Shown one piece after another: positions 34,547 through 46,000 of a stretch of DNA of 64,000 nt. Location: the NCBI GenBank assembly GCA_977862235.1, contig OZ374558.1, forward strand, positions 1,364,001 through 1,428,000, read 5' to 3'. Under the pieces are notes generated by a model. The model ran no database searches. It had not been told where the DNA came from and saw nothing but the letters and a program-made list of their open reading frames with translations. Within the stretch, counting starts at the first letter, position 1. Each line of letters opens with the position of its first letter. Made by a program: the position numbers and the translations under genes. This stretch comes from Dudresnaya verticillata. Taxonomy: Eukaryota.

Positions 34547-35643
34547 ATGTGCGCCAGGGGTATTGCTCTTGCTGTACTGCTTGCCTCAATGCTTTCAGTT
34601 AGCATTGCCAGCAACCAGCAAACTAAAGCCGAGTTTGTTAGTTGCAAATTGCTGGAAAACGACGAGGACCTCATGTTGATAGAGCATGTCGAGGAGCTAG
34701 ACTCAGTGGACTGGGTCGGGAAATGCAAGTCGAAGTCCAAGCTCAATACTCGAAACTTGAAAGAGTTTGTTTACAACGACTACTTCAGCATTGCGCAACA
34801 GCCAAAAACCATATGTAGCGCAGAGTCAGCAGCAGTGAAAGAAGTGCGAATTGTGCTATCTGAACTCGAACAGCTAGCACTGAACGGGAGCCTCACTGCC
34901 GAAAACAAGACATACTGGCAGGCGTTTGCGCATGAAGCGGTAAACGCACTTGTCAACGAAACTGCAGCGTTTGTTTACCATGAGAAGAAGGTTCAGTGGG
35001 TGGCGTGCGGGTGGATTAATCTGCAGAAGATTCCTAGGATTGATGAAGATTGTTCAATAAGGATGTGCGCTTCGCTGCTTGCGCTTGGGCTGGCGCCACC
35101 GGACCGCCTGCCGGAAGAGGGCAAGGATTACGTCCCCAGGAAGCCAACTTCCAAGGGACCAGCTGGGCCGATTCCTCCTCCCCCCAGACACAGGCGGCTC
35201 GAGCTGACCGAAGATGCGCAGAAGGAAGCCATCCATGAAGAACGCAATGTTGTCAATTCGAAGACGCCGAATAGATATGCTCGGGACGCACAGTCTGGGC
35301 GAGTTTCAAATACCCGCACAGTGCCGTGGCACCGCAACCGCGAAAGCATCGAGGGGGCTGTGCGGTATGACTACGACCCAAACAGCATGACCGATGTGAA
35401 TCTATTCGGTGACATCAATAGTGGATGTAAGTGAACTTTGAATAGCGTTGCACGCGATCGTTGTGCCTTCGCGCAAGCAGTTTGACGCGACGAATGCAAC
35501 ATCTGACACCGACTTTTGACTCTTGTTTGATTTTTGAGTTTGTAGGTGGGTTTGCGGATGAAAGCAGTAGCTGCTCGGCTTTCTGTTGCTTCAGCATGTA
35601 TTCCATGTCGACGTTTTGTTATGGATTCTACGGGGAATGCTAG
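34547..35643 (+). CDS. Secreted precursor paralog 3 (325 aa); exons 34547-35426 and 35546-35643
   Basis: Signal peptide; shares SVDWVG, LExLALNxSL, NKTxWQxFA, NETAA, RMCAS, EGxDY with paralog 2; intron 35427-35545 GTAAGT...CTGAC...TAG; spliced end CGFADESSSCSAFCCFSMYSMSTFCYGFYGEC. Confidence 0.88.
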
Positions 35644-36154
35644 GAATGTGGCGTTCCATTGCAGATTCACAGTCAAAGAGCGCGGTCGCAGTCTGGTCGG
35701 CCTTGGTTGTGCAGCTGCGGAGGGCGCTACCCAGCTGGTTAAGATAGCTCGGGGTACTAGGTTAGTCATGCTCGGCCTGTGTCAGATCGGGGACATCGGG
35801 CGCAGATGCAGCAGCTAGGCGCAAGACGCGTTTGGTGTGTAGTTTTCAATCATAAGATAAGCGAGAAGCAGGGAAAAGAGTTTGTCGGTTGCCATGATAC
35901 TGGCGAGGCCACAGGGAAGGAGATGTGATGTTAAAAGCACAGGGCGGCTTTGGGACGTTTTATCTTTGCGGGAAAGCGGCGGACCCGAAGCGGACGAATA
36001 TCGAACACTAAAAGTACAAACGCTGGGCACGGGCGGGTACGCATGCCGACAGGAGTCGAGTATAAATCAGCGGCTTGACGGTCGCAACAGGCCGCAGTTA
36101 CTCCGTGCGCATGGACAGGCGCGAGCGCAGCGAAGAAGACGGGTTGCTGATGGG

Positions 36155-36928
36155 TCATAGTCTGAAGACCTCGTCGACAAGCCAGGCGGCGCCGTCGCGC
36201 TGGCGCGAGAGCTGAAAGTCGAAGACGGCGACCTCCTGGTTGGCGACGAGGCGGGCGCCGACGACGCAGCGGTGGCCGCTTTGCTCGAAGCGCGGGTCGT
36301 GCACGCGGAAGGCGTCCAAGTGCAGCAGGATGCGGTAGCTGTCGTTGTCGCCCACAAACAGCACGAGGCTCTGCGGGGTGGCGCGGCGGACGTGGTTGCA
36401 CGGGCTCGCCAGACGGATGAAGGCCTTTGCGCCTTGCAGGACGTCATCGCGGAAGGCCTGCAGTAGCACGGACACAACCTTGTTGGGCGGGCGGTCGCCG
36501 TCGGGGCCGGACGCGGCGGCAGCGGCAGCGGCAGCAGCAGACGTGTCGACCTCAGTATGATCATCGTCGTTGTCCTTCTCCTCCTCCACGCCGACCTTGT
36601 CCGCGCCACCACTGTAGCCCGGGGCGACGTACATGAGGGCGCTGACGCCGGACGCGACGGGTGACTCTGGGACGAGGCCCTGCAGCTTGCGCTTGAGCGA
36701 GGCGTGGATGACAGCGTTCCACGTTGCCATGGCGTGGGTGGCGTCTGCGTCGTCCAGGCCCTCGTCGCGGGCGTACTGCGGGGCGGCGCCGCCCGACCCG
36801 CTCTCGCCGAGCAGCGCGCGCGGGGCCGGCACGGCGCGACGGCGCGCGCGCGGCGAGCAGCGCTGCGGCGCGGGGGCGGACAGCGACGGGCGCACGGGGG
36901 CCGGCGGTTGCAGGAAGAGCGGCGGCAT
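36155..36928 (-). CDS. Putative plastid-targeted protein with DUF4864-like C-terminal domain, 257 aa
   Basis: P/A/R/S-rich transit-like N-terminus MPPLF...; PNKVVSVLLQAF...ASPCN...YRILL...FQLSRQRDGAAWLVDEV resembles my recollection of DUF4864. Confidence 0.65.
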   Translation of the reverse strand: MPPLFLQPPAPVRPSLSAPAPQRCSPRARRRAVPAPRALLGESGSGGAAPQYARDEGLDDADATHAMATWNAVIHASLKRKLQGLVPESPVASGVSALMYVAPGYSGGADKVGVEEEKDNDDDHTEVDTSAAAAAAAAASGPDGDRPPNKVVSVLLQAFRDDVLQGAKAFIRLASPCNHVRRATPQSLVLFVGDNDSYRILLHLDAFRVHDPRFEQSGHRCVVGARLVANQEVAVFDFQLSRQRDGAAWLVDEVFRL

Positions 36929-37203
36929 TGTCGGGGGCGAAGGGACGGGAGGTGGGCGGGTGGGGGAGTGGCGTTGCGGTGGGATGGGGCGGTGTTCCGG
37001 GGAGGCGGAGTGCCTCCACCTCATCGGCACTGCCTGTGCCGAGGCGTTTGCTTTCGCGTTGCGCTTTGCGCGTGCGAAGTGCCAGTACGGCGCGTGTCAT
37101 TGGTCGGTGACGCGGGATTCGCCGCAGATCTTTCCACCTCGATTGCATGCAAATCGTTGGGCCACGGCGAGCCCTACCGCGTTGCGACACGTGGCACAGC
37201 AAA

Positions 37204-37774
37204 TGTAAGACGGACTGTAAGACACTGTAATTAGGTACTGTAACCCTAGACGATAGCCGACGGCCGTCCGTACGACGTGACCGATTCCTGCGGGATACTT
37301 AACCGGCTGGCCACCGCGGTCATCCCCTCGACCGTCTTTCCGGATCATCATTCAATACAGTAAACCTCGTGTCTCCCACATCGTAGCATCGACTGGTCAA
37401 CGTTTCTCCTTCTAGCCGCTGTAGATTCCTTGGCTGAGATATTGCTCACTTTCGTAACAGCTCACTGCCGTCGGCGTTGAGTCACAAGAATCTGAGCTAC
37501 CGCTCGGGACTTGTTCACCCGCTTCACCGCACCCTCCCAGCTTCTCACTAGGGCAGAGTCTCACCACCCCGCCGGTCCGATGTTGAACCGCCCGGTAGTA
37601 GTATGGCGCAACGAGTCAGTAGCCCGCTAAACGGAAAGGACAACTGTCCCGTACGCGCACTGACCCTAACGAGGGTATCTCAATGGGGCGTTGGTAGATC
37701 CTGGAGGGAAAAGGGTAAAAAGGGCTAGCGTCCCTGAAAGAAAGGGCAAAAGGAGCGGCGCCACCCTAACACTC
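37204..37774. repeat. Probable LTR-like repeat, left part; continues at 52064-52987
   Basis: Non-coding, begins TGTAAG, similarity patches to 22521-23330; both sides joined by TSD GTAGA. Confidence 0.35.
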
Positions 37775-37788
37775 GTAGATATAGTGCA

Positions 37789-38698
37789 AGTGGTGCAAAA
37801 CGTCTGACACGATAGACCGCCGAGCAGTTCGGGGCTCGGTGGGTAGCTGCACCCTTGGCGAGAGGTGGTCCTGCCGTGGGCGACTTGGTGGTAGAGCAAA
37901 GGAACACGCCTTGGGCGGACTGTAGACGACCGCGGCGGAAGGTGTGAAGGAAGGGAAAAGGAAACAGAAAGGGGACACGTCAAGGACGATGGTAGACGTG
38001 GAAGCACGGGAGGTAGACGCTTAGCCGTGGGCAGCGGTAGGATACGCGCGTGCGGAACGGGGAAGTCTGGACCAAGGCCGGCTTGCCCGGGCGTTTACTG
38101 TTACGTCTGGGACGGCTTACCTAAGTATAGTACGGCGTTGCGGCGGCGGCGGTGCGTGTGCGTAGCGCGGGAACTCGGGACACGTGTCGTCCCGAGGCGC
38201 GTCTGACAGATCACCGGTTGCATGCAGCCGCGCGCCTGACAGGTTGCCGTGCAACCCCCTGTATAGGTGCTTACACACACACGTGGACGCGTGGGCCTTT
38301 CAGCCGTGCGTGCGCGCGCACTGTAGAGCGTGCGCCTTGGATCTAATCCGATACTTGTCTGATCCCGATCCCATCCGGATCGGGCCAGCAATGCGAATAC
38401 CCGCAGCCTTACAGGCGCGTATCTTACAGCTTAGGCGATCCGGATAACCAATCTGGATACCGGATCCGGATCCCATCTGGATCCGTATTACAGTGCCCCG
38501 GGGCGCCACGTCGGGCCATCACCGTACAGTGCCCGCGTGGCGCGCGGCGCGCAGTGTGCACGCGCGCCCCAGTGAGCCGGCGATGACGTGTTCGCGTGCC
38601 AACGGCGGTGGTGAGCGCCGGTGGCGGTTTCTCCGTCGGTTGACGTATTTGGTCCGCCCACTTTCAGCGAAAAAGGGCTCACCTCCCCTTGCACCACA
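37789..38698 (-). repeat. 3' LTR of Gypsy B
   Basis: Direct repeat of 50249-51158; polypurine tract GGAGGGGGG adjacent at 38702-38710 on the minus strand. Confidence 0.96.
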
Positions 38699-38853
38699 CG
38701 ACCCCCCTCCAAAACGCGAACACGACCCGACCCTCAACCTGCTGTCGTGCGCTCTCCCGTCGTGTGCCTGCCAACTTCCGCGCCTTGCCAGCGAGTCCCC
38801 GCGCCTTCGCGTATTGTGTCGGTGCGCCCGCGTTTACGCTGCCCCGACATCAT

Positions 38854-39236
38854 CGCCCGTGGCGCATAACGTTGTCCGTCGTTGACGTCTATCGTATATC
38901 CCTCGCCTGGGGCGTTGCAACTTAATCGTCATCGGCGTCGTTTGTCTTTGGCATCGCCATTGGCGCAGCAGCCGAACGTCGTTGACGCGGGTTCCCTTTT
39001 CTCGCCTAAGGCGTCGCAACAGTAGTCGTCTTCGACGTCGTTTGCTTTTGGCATCGCCATTGGCGCAGCAGCTGAACGTCGTTGACGTGGGTTTCGTTTC
39101 CTCGCCTAAGGCCTTACAACAGTAATCGTCTTCGACGCACGCTTCTTGAAGCTTTCGCCAGTGGCGCAGAACACGAGTCGTCTTTGACGTTTGTACAAGC
39201 ATCACCTTTGGCGTTAACATATTCTCGTCGTTGACG
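38854..39236. repeat. Degenerate 50-bp tandem array (8 units), each with CGCC-N3-GGCG and CGTC-N3-GACG palindromes
   Basis: Motif starts at 38854, 38877, 38904, 38927, 38955, 38977, 39003, 39027, 39055, 39077, 39103, 39127, 39156, 39179, 39203, 39226. Confidence 0.9.
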
Positions 39237-39238
39237 TC

Positions 39239-41540
39239 ATGCCGATGTTCAATGGCATGCAGGTGGCGGCGCCCTCGGCTGCGCCGGTGTACGCTTCGCC
39301 GGTCGACTTCGTCGGAAATAATCCTCGCGATCACGCGCATTTCTTCGCGCGGGCCCCCTGGTTTGACCAGGAGGCCCTGCGCGAGGAAGAATTGGTTGCC
39401 CATCACGCTACTAGCGGTTTCTTGCCGGCGGCCTGCCCCTCGGCGTCGTCTGGACGTTGGAATGGAAGTTACGCTGCGCCGTTCCTGCGGAATGGCTTTG
39501 GGTGCGAGTGGGACAGTCGCGTGCGGACGTCCACGCGCAGTTCGTCTCAGACGTGTATCGTCGCTTCACGCGGTATCCGGGGTCGACGTTAACGCCGCCC
39601 TTGTTCAATTATGATGCGGGACAGTATCGCACAGCCGGCGAAGCCGAATATGGTGCTCGTCTTGGGACGTTATCGCTCAAACACGTGAGTGTGTCGATTG
39701 AGCCTCGCGTGTTGGGAGAGGCCTACCTGTTAGGCGTACGCTTGAAAGCGGATTTTCGTTACTTGCATCGTACGGGTACGTTCTTTTGGGAGCGTTGTAT
39801 CCGGTGGGAGTGCGAGACGCGTCGCCGAAAGGGCGTATTCGTACCTTACCAGGACATGCAGGTCGATCGCATTGAGCGTAGTAAGTTACCGTTTTGTTTC
39901 GTGAAGGTACCGCCTGTATGGCGAGAGTTTGAGATATGCGAGGGTTTCTCCGTAGAGCTTCCTCCGTGTGTCACGTATCGAGCTGATGACCGACCCCTAT
40001 TCAAGGTATTGGATCGTGTTTTACACGGAGTGGGTCGCCAATGTGGCGTATGCGTGGTTATGGGAGGCGTATGACACCTTCCGTATGTACCACTTGCCTC
40101 CGCGTGTGGTGGCTCAGCTTGGCAGCCTCGACTTGGTCGAAATATTTGGCGGGTCCCGGAACGCCGAGGAGTTCTGGAACCTGCGCGCTGTGGCGGATGA
40201 GATCGACTGGAACGACCCGGCAATGGTGCCGTATGCGAACAACCGCCGTAAGGCGAATCGTCCGCGCTTCGCGATGAGTCGGACTCACTCCGCCTGTGGC
40301 GATTGGGTCCATTATAACCCGTAGACTAAGCGTCGTACGACGAAGAACATTGCGGAGCGCCATCGCAAAACGGACCGCTTCACCCCGGGTAATCACCCGC
40401 GTGGTTTGCGTAAGAGCTGCGACTTTGTCGGTGATTTTCCTCCGCATTTGAGCGCCTTAATGGCCGAGGAGGATGCGTTTAACGCCGATGGCGGACCGGA
40501 GAACCCGTCTGGGACGGACATTGCTGCGCCTATGGCGGTTGAGTCGACTGCCGAGCCTGCGCCCGCGTCTTCGGCTTTGCCCGGAGGCGCTGTCGGTGGC
40601 GGTGGAGTGCCAGCTGGCCTGCCAGCTGTTTCTCCTCTGGACCTTGCGGCTCCCGTCGCTGACGATGATGGCGATGCCGTTATGGCGACGCCAATATTGG
40701 AGTCGGCTCCGCCGACCGTGACGCCTCAAGGCGAAGCATCAAACGTCGCAGACGGTTCTGGGGGTCCAGCTTCGGTGCCGGTTTGGACCGAAGAACAGCG
40801 CCGCACCGTGCTTGCGTTATTGCAAGCGGCAGGCGTCGCTACTAGCGGTCTGAGCGGCTCACCCACTGAGTGGATGAGCCAATCTTTGTCGGCTGGGGTC
40901 CCACCTCAGGGTGGGCCCACGCCGAAGTCGACTAGTGTCGTAGGTTCTGCGTCGAAGGACGGTGTGGCAGAGAAGCCTTCGTCGCCTAAGGCGAATGGTC
41001 CGGCGTCTAAAGACGTGAGTATGACTGTACCGCCTGTAGCGAGCGAAGCGAATGCCGCTATAGCGTCGTTGACGGTTCCAAAGGGGCCAGGGGCTCCTGC
41101 GTCATTGACTGGTGTTGGTTGGTTGGTTAACAGCACCGAAGGCGAGTGAAGAAGCGACGACAATCAAGGCGGTTTCTGAACTGACGCCAAAGGCGGTCGA
41201 CGAGTCGTTGATTACGCTTAAAGCGGATGGGGCTATGCCCGCGCCTAAGGCGAACGATGGCTTGAGCTCTGCGCCCGTGGCGGTTGTTATTGCTTCATCG
41301 CCTTTGGCGGATATTGTCGCGACGACGCCGAAGGCGATTGATGAGTCGCCCATCTCGCCTGCGGCGCCTGTTATAGTCACTCCGGCGGTTGCGGTGGCAA
41401 GGGCTTTGCGGTCCGCCCCGGCTCCTGCCGTGAGTGTACCGTCGAGGACGGAGGACGACCTCTATGAAGAGGCATTGCGTGAGTCCGCCGAAGGCGCCGT
41501 GGCTGTACCACCCGATTCGTCTGCGACGAAAGAGTCTTGA
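39239..41540 (+). pseudogene. Antisense extra ORF of Gypsy B (~765 codons; frameshifts near 39440, 39975 and 41130; TAG 40322-40324)
   Basis: Chain of overlapping ORFs 39239/39457/39968/40406/41112; W/Y-rich globular part similar to CACTA ORF2, then A/P/S-rich tail. Confidence 0.75.
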
Positions 41541-42845
41541 TGTCGTTTGAGCAACGGATAGCGGACGCGAGGTGCGTATTGTGTTGCCCTTCGGCTCCCT
41601 TGCGGGACGGATGAGCGGGGTATTCCCCTTCGTCTTTGACGATTAATGTAGCTGTAGTGGTCGATTGCTAGGGCGTGGGGTTGTCCCCATTTGCTTTTAG
41701 CCCAGTAACCTTCGGCCATTGTCAGCGTCTTTGTGTGTCGCGTTTCGCGTTGGCCTTAGGGTGTGACTTGTGATCCACTTTCTACTTTGCGTCGTGTTCT
41801 TGGTTGCCCGCTACAGTAGCGTTGGCGTTTGGTGCCATTGGCCTTAGCCGTGCGTTGGCACTTGGCTTTGTTTGCCCAGTAGGGTCCGCTGTAGTAGCGT
41901 TGTTCTTTGTGTTTCACGCGCGGCGTTGGCGTATTTCCGCTTACTTAGCGTTTTGTTTTTGTAGTTCATGTGTCGCACTGCGCCTTGGGCGTGGTTTGTT
42001 GGGTCACTGCGCCTTGGGCGTGGTTTTTCGGCGTCCTCGACGACGGTCGCGAAGGCGGTGAGGTAGGTTTTGACGCCTCGGAGTTGCCGCCCCTTTCGTC
42101 TTCGACGTTTCTCGTTGTGGGTAGGGTAGAGTTGTCGGTCGCGCTCGCGCGACTGCGCGGCGGCCGCAGGCAGCGGCGGAGTCGTTGGCGATTTGTTGGC
42201 GCGTCGTGCACGGAACCCGCAGCAACTGCGTCTTCGGCCACGTTCCCCCCCCCTTCGGGGGTGGGTTTGTCGGTGCGCCCCTTCTCGGAGAGTTACGTCG
42301 GAGACGTTCGATGGGTCTGGCTCGCGAGACCGTGGCCGGCAGGGTGGCGGTCCCAGGTACTTGGCCGTAGGGCGAGGCACGTCTCGACGTCGGAGACGGT
42401 TGTTGTGCGCTGCCACTTTGCACCTGTCGTCGCTGGTGCTCGTAGCACCTGCTCAGCAACTTGGCATAATTGCGTTCGTCGTGCGTTGACGGCGGGGTGG
42501 TGCGCGCTGCCGTGTTTGGAAATTAAAATTGGACCCATGTCTGCCTCCTATTACCCGAGGGGCGCCGGTGGCGGATCTCGATTTGCAATCTGGATCACTG
42601 TCAACAGCGCACCCATCCAGAGGTTCCGTATGGGGGCTGCTGCGAGGTGGCGTGCGCGAGGCTGTCTATGACGCAACGACTTGCGTCCGCGTTCGTCCAT
42701 GGCGTGCACACGTGGTTGGCGCTGTCGATCTGGCGACCGCGTCTACAGGCTATGGGTTGAGCTTCCGCGCCTTTGGTGATCGTAGGTCGAGCACGCGGTC
42801 TCGATCGTCCGTCCATTCGCTTCCAGCGGTATTTCCGGATTAGGG

Positions 42846-43058
42846 TTAGCCGCGCTGCGCGTCGTCGACGTTTGGCGGCAGCTGCGTACGTTTTCGACGG
42901 TGGTATCGTGTGACGTGGGAGCGCGGCAAACTGGAGACTGGCTCCCAGGTGTTCGCTGAAGCGGGGTATCCAAACCACTTGACGCGGTAGAGGATCTCAT
43001 CATCATCCGCGTATGCGTGCGACTCTATGCGTTCAATCACGTATTCTTTTCCGCTCAC
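42846..43058 (-). other. Chromodomain at the integrase C-terminus
   Basis: YVIERIESH...YRVKWFGYPASANTWEPVSSL; same frame as the integrase, beyond TGA 43224-43226. Confidence 0.92.
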
Positions 43059-46000
43059 AGCGTTCGGCTTGGACGTGGGCCTGTCCAGCGCCTTTGGCGG
43101 TTTGTCTCGTTGCGTGATGGGCGTCTGTTCCGGCTCGGCGAAGCGTACTCGACGAGTTGATCGCCGGAGGCGTTGGCCTTGGGCCTTGGACGCTCGATCA
43201 GCGGTCAGTGGATTGTTGCGTCTTCAGACGAGTTCATCGCTTGCAGCGCCTTGCTTTGTGCTTGCACGGTTAACGTCTTCGTTATCGGACGCGCTTTCAG
43301 CGGAGTCATTGTTCTGATTCGGCGGTGCCGTAGCGACGTGTTCCAAACGGGTGCGAACCCCTGGGGTACTGTCGTCGTTGGAGACGGATTGTGAAGCGCG
43401 GTCGTTGGGATCGGCGGGGAAGGGCGAAAGCTCTGCCAACCCACGGCTGCGTGACGCGGTGATCGTACGCTCTTGCGGATCTGCCGCAGTATGCGAAGTG
43501 TCTGCGTCCTCTTCCGGGTCCGCTGGTGGTGTGCTTGGGGTAGTCATCCCTTCGTCGTGTGACGTGGGGGCGACTGCTCCCTGCTCCTCAGGCGGGCCTG
43601 GTGGTACGACGATTGGAGGGGCCGCCTGACCCGGTGGGGTCGGCGCCCAGACCACGCGGTCTCGGGACAAACGTTCCCGCTCATCACGTCCCTTGTCGAC
43701 GGTTACTGTTTCGTTATCAACGTGAGTTACCCGGTATGGCCCGTCCGCCACTGGCGCCAGCTTATGCTTACGCTCTGCGCGATCCGTGCTCCCGCCTCGG
43801 GCGAAGCATTCCTTACGTACGAATACGAAGTCGCCTACGGCGATTGTTTCCTTCGATTTCCTTAATCGGGTATCGAAGTTTCGTTTGTAACGTGCTTGAG
43901 TTTTCTCTAACGACGCTTTAGCGGTTCCCATCAGTGCGGCCAGCCAGGTTCGCCACTTGGTGTAGTATTGCCCCGCGGTGGGTACGCTTTCGAGCGACGG
44001 TTCCGCTTCGAGCGACAATGGTCGTGGTGGCTTCAACAGCACCAATTCAAACGGAGCGAGATGCGTAGACGAATGCAACTGTGTGTTGTATGCGAACGTC
44101 AAGGCATCCGTGAACAGGTCCCAGTATCTCGGATGATCCGCAACGTAGTGACGCAGCGAGGCCAGGATGGTTCGATTGAATCGTTCTACCTGGCCATTGC
44201 ATTGCGGATGGTACGTCGTGGTGAAGAGGTTCTCCACTCCCAAAAGACGGCAGATATCCTGAAACAGCTTAGCCACGAACTGTGGTCCGTTATCGGACAA
44301 CAGTTTCTTGGGGGGGCCGTACACGAAGACCCAATGTCGTACAAACGCCTTAGCGGTTTCCAATGCCGTAATACCACGCAGTGGGACCGTCCGGACCAGC
44401 TTCGAGAAGCGGTCCACAATGACGAGTAGGAACTTGTTTCCTCGCTTCGTGCGTATGAGTTCGCCCAGGATGTCGATCGATACAAATTCGAGAAGCTCGG
44501 TTGCCGGGAACAACTTCAATTGCTTGGTGTTCTTTCGTAGTAATACTCGATTCTTAGCGCAAGTTACGCAGTTGCGGACGGTCGCATAGCAGTCCACTGG
44601 CATCGATGGCCAATAGTATTCGCGTCGAAGCGTATGATACAACTTACGCCCCCCTGGGTGCCCTGCCAACTTGGCGTGGTGCCGGAGGTGGAGTAAGCGA
44701 GCGCGTAACGCGGAGGGTACGACCACTTGCGGACGGACTTCCACTGTTCGGACCAACAGGCCCTGTTCATCCGTTGCGAACGGTAATATGATTCCGTCAT
44801 CCAGACGCTTCTTGACATCATTACAGTACTTGTCATCGCCTTGGGTGTGTACCAACTCCTCATGCGTCACTTGACGAAGGAGTACCTCATCCGCCGGTGG
44901 CGTGTTGTTGATCAACACTTGGTCGAACTCTTCGAACTCTCGCTCGGCGAAGGCGACCTCGCCTTCGGCGTCTGACAGATCTTCCTGTGACGTTTGATGG
45001 CCGTCTTCGACGTAGCTTCCGTGATAGCACGGTATATCATCGTCAATGGGCTCGACGGTTTCTCCCTTCGTCTGTAGACGCGAAAGGGCATCTGCCTGGG
45101 TATTGAGGTACCCCTTTTTGTACTTCACGACAAAGTCGAACTCGGAAAGGCGAAGGCGCCACCGCATTAACCGTCCAGAGGGGTCGCTGATTTCCATCAG
45201 CCACCTCAACGACTAATGGTCCGTATGGACTGTGAACGACTCCATCTGGAGGTAAGGTCGCAGCGTCATGACGGACCTACTGCGAGGCACTCCTTTTCGG
45301 AGACCGAGTAGTTACGCTCTGGAGCGGTGAGCGAGCGGGACCAGAAGCCGAGCGGCTTACGTTCCCCGTCGGGATGCGTCTGAAAGAGAGCGCAGCCGAC
45401 CTGATACTCGCTTGCGTCACAATCGACGGAATTGGGGAGACCCTGCTGTGGTAAAGCCAATATAGGCGGATGATTCACGGCCTCGACGAGCGTACTGAAC
45501 GCTTTGGCTTGTGTCTCATCAAACGGTTGTAACCGGAAGTCCTGTTCCTTCCTCAGCAACTTGTTGAGGGGGGCAGCGACATGCGCGTATCGCGAGACGA
45601 ACCGTCTGTAGACGTTACAAAGACCGAGGAAACTCCGTAGCTCCTTCTGATCCCGTGGATGCTTGGCTTCGCGTAGCGCGGCAGTGACAGTTCGGTCAAC
45701 TTCTAACCGTCCTGGACGTATGACGTGTCCTAAGTAGTTGACGGTCGGGGTGAAGAAGTCACACTTGATCAACTTCAGAGTCACCCCGGCGCGGTGCAAT
45801 GTCGAAAGGATCTCGTCAACATGACGGAAGTGACTATCGATGTCGTTGGAGAAGATTATTACGTCATCGAGGTAGACGAGGCACGAACGCCACTTGTAAC
45901 CAGCGAGTATTATGTCCAACGTTCGTTGAAACGTAGCGGGTGCGTTCGTGAGACCGAATGGCATACGCTTATAGCGGAACAGTCCGGCGTGGCACGTGAA

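Noticed and set aside
38854..39236. CRISPR-like repeat-spacer array
   Set aside because: Spacers are related to each other, the repeats are only 11 bp, the context is a eukaryotic retrotransposon and no cas genes are present.
39239..41540. env gene
   Set aside because: Antisense orientation; no signal peptide or transmembrane anchor.
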